In this document: in pieces, positions 60,638 through 62,469 of the stretch
How the letters are laid out: every line of letters begins with the position of its first letter
Numbering within the stretch: position 1 is the stretch's first letter
Source: Victivallales bacterium
Lineage (GTDB): Bacteria; Verrucomicrobiota; Lentisphaeria; Victivallales; UBA1829
Length of the DNA stretch: 62,469 nucleotides
NCBI GenBank assembly: GCA_045639325.1
Contig: JAZUCU010000023.1
Span: 1-62,469, forward strand
Direction of reading: 5' to 3'
Notes under the pieces: model-generated
Told to the model about the DNA's origin: nothing
What the model saw: the letters and a program-made list of their open reading frames with translations, nothing else
Database searches by the model: none
Made by a program: the position numbers and the translations under genes

Positions 60638-62110
60638 TCACTGCTCGTCACAGCAAATCGACTTTTTGTAAGTTTTTACACTGATTTTACCACATTTTAG
60701 ACATTGCCGTTTAACAAGCTCCAAAATATATTTTAAATTTTTCCCATGGAAAGTCGCTTGTAATTGTTTGCCATTTTCAGTGATCATGCCATTGCCGTCA
60801 GGGTAAATAAAAATATCTTTTGTAAATGGAACTTTGAATAATAATTTTCCCTGCGAATCCCATTCTTTATAAAAACCGTGCAGACGACCTCCTACAACGG
60901 TGTATTCTGCCTGTTTACGCCCGTTGGGAAAATTAACAACAAAAGTGCCATCTTTCTTCAATTTCTTACCGGGGACTTTCCTGAAAATATATCCAATAGA
61001 TTTTAACTTCCCGTCATAATGATGGCCATCACGATTGTCATAACAATACTCTCTATGCATAGTAAATCCATGGCAAATAACATATTCAGACTTGACTTTA
61101 CCGAATAAAGAATCAATATGATGCTCTATCAGCATATTGTTTTCAATTCTATAAGAAAAATTTTCCTTCATCCATGTCATATCAATACCAGCATCCATCC
61201 ATGAAAGTATTTTTGCAGCATCTTTCTCATTTAGTCGATTTTTTCCTTGCACAGGCGATTCCCAACGCATTGCAGATGCACCATAAGAAACATCCCAACA
61301 TTGAGCCATATCCAACAAAATCTTTTCATCACCTATTTTCAGGTCATAACGTTTGTTCATCCATAAATGCTGGGCAATTTTTTCTCTTGCAAATCGGTTT
61401 GCTTCGGTACAAGAAGCCCCTTCTTGCATTTTGGCTTCTATTATTTTATTCCAAGTCTTTGATTCATTTACAACTCTTGATACAGAAGGCTTATCAAAAT
61501 ATCCCAAGTTCTCATACTTGCGGGCAAGTTCTGTTGCGACTTCGGTCTGAGTGATCTTGCAATGTAATTCCCGCAATTTCACATCCTGTATCCGTGCTAG
61601 CCAAGTCGGATTTTTTTTAATCAATCTGATATTATGCCGACGATGTAACGCATGAGTCATCTCATGAACAATTACGCTGGCACAATAAATAAGGTTTAAT
61701 TTCCTTTCTTTCGGAGTTTTATATGTCAGAAATTTCGAATTAAGCGAAATATATCCACTTCCGTAGGTACCCCAGGTATATTCCCGCATATCCTTAAATG
61801 CAAATTTGAAATCAAATTTTCCATTCATTAATCGTATAATTTTTTTTCCAACTGCGGTATTTTTTATCTCTTTGATGGCATCTGCAAGAAAGGATTTTTC
61901 TTTTTCCGGCAATTGGGATTTTTCTAGACACTCTTCTAAAGAGTTACTATATTGGTTATTTTGCTGCTGTTTTTTCTTTGACTTCTGTTCCCGTTTCTGA
62001 CGTTCCCGGCGTTCTTTGCGAGTTTCTTTTTTCGGAGCAGCAGAAACTTCATACGGTACAGAAATAAAAAACAATAAGGTCAAACAAACAAATAAAAATC
62101 GTTTTAACAT
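60638..62110 (-). CDS. Secreted HExxH metallopeptidase-like protein with C-terminal MORN-variant (YwqK-type) repeats
   Basis: Signal peptide. VIVHEMTHALH zinc motif. C-terminal repeats (GTFVVNFPNGRKQAEYTVVGGRLHGFYKEWDSQGKLLFKVPF). Confidence 0.5.
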   Translation of the reverse strand: MLKRFLFVCLTLLFFISVPYEVSAAPKKETRKERRERQKREQKSKKKQQQNNQYSNSLEECLEKSQLPEKEKSFLADAIKEIKNTAVGKKIIRLMNGKFDFKFAFKDMREYTWGTYGSGYISLNSKFLTYKTPKERKLNLIYCASVIVHEMTHALHRRHNIRLIKKNPTWLARIQDVKLRELHCKITQTEVATELARKYENLGYFDKPSVSRVVNESKTWNKIIEAKMQEGASCTEANRFAREKIAQHLWMNKRYDLKIGDEKILLDMAQCWDVSYGASAMRWESPVQGKNRLNEKDAAKILSWMDAGIDMTWMKENFSYRIENNMLIEHHIDSLFGKVKSEYVICHGFTMHREYCYDNRDGHHYDGKLKSIGYIFRKVPGKKLKKDGTFVVNFPNGRKQAEYTVVGGRLHGFYKEWDSQGKLLFKVPFTKDIFIYPDGNGMITENGKQLQATFHGKNLKYILELVKRQCLKCGKISVKTYKKSICCDEQ

Positions 62111-62130
62111 AGAAACCCCCGTAATTGTGA

Positions 62131-62251
62131 TGCGCCTGCCCCCATGGGCTGGACAACTTTTATAAAAAATTGGTGTAAATGCTCTTGTTTTAATATAGCA
62201 TCTATTTGCAGGATTGCAAATACCAAAATAAACTTCGTCCGGAGTTTTGTA
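62131..62251. repeat. Second copy of the ~130-bp 'ggacaac' repeat (first copy at 43308-43439)
   Basis: Read directly. Lies in the upstream region of the 60638-62110 gene. Confidence 0.7.
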
Positions 62252-62290
62252 CGGAGATTAACGGAGAATAACGGAGATTAACGGAGGAGG
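62251..62290. repeat. Tandem 10-bp repeat (acggagaTTA x ~4) with two inverted 'tctccgt' units at 62364-62380
   Basis: 'acggagattaacggagaataacggagattaacggagg', then 'gattctccgtacttctccgt' 75 bp downstream. Confidence 0.5.
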
Positions 62291-62399
62291 GCTGGAAATA
62301 CCCACGTCTCTCATTTGAAATCATTGCAACGGCAATTCATGTGATATCGGGTGTATGGGTGATTCTCCGTACTTCTCCGTATAAAAACTACTTTTACTG

Positions 62400-62469
62400 A
62401 CTGGTGCTGACCGACCGGACTTCGCCTGAAGGCTTCCGCTTCGCTCACCCTGGCTTGTCACGGCGTAAT
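62400..62469. repeat. Possible diverged arm of the palindromic element, truncated by the window end
   Basis: 'ggcttccgcttcgctcaccctggc' resembles the arm motif 'cgcttcgctcaccctggg' of the 60083-60437 element. Confidence 0.3.

Noticed and set aside
1-62469. CRISPR arrays, rRNA or tRNA genes
   Set aside because: No evenly spaced short direct repeats were seen. The only tandem repeats are the four 10-mers at 62251-62290. No rRNA-like conserved blocks or cloverleaf candidates were seen in intergenic DNA.

Overview
The window is 62.5 kb of bacterial DNA whose gene content suggests a PVC-superphylum (Lentisphaerae/Victivallis-like) organism; this is inferred only from four DUF1559-type prepilin-like genes sitting beside very large secreted CAZyme-like genes. 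1-43 kb is a glycan-utilisation region: GH29 fucosidase, GH127, two GH42-like giant proteins, an AraA-like isomerase, two AraR-type, one LacI and two AraC regulators, two metallophosphoesterases, an MFS transporter, and a beta-helix-repeat giant protein flanked by 50-bp direct repeats. 38-42.5 kb is a 4-gene lipoprotein operon with two recently duplicated PEGA-domain paralogs. About 43.3-43.7 kb is an IS3-family transposase remnant embedded in a multi-copy repeat family; the same repeat segments occur at both window ends, and a ~350-bp palindromic element sits at 60.1 kb. The most interesting part is 45.5-56.5 kb, a tightly packed 10-gene operon downstream of dsbD, a strong terminator and a near-consensus promoter. 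It encodes an excisionase-type HTH/Cys-rich protein, a Zn-ribbon+SPFH/flotillin-like protein, a Zn-ribbon+FHA protein, three envelope lipo/secreted proteins, two N-in membrane-anchored proteases (trypsin-like and thermolysin-like M4) sharing a cytoplasmic N-terminal motif, a lipoprotein paralog of the M4 C-terminal domain and a LysM protein, followed by an LplT-acyltransferase-Aas fusion. I could not assign it to a described system. No rRNA, tRNA or CRISPR arrays were seen.
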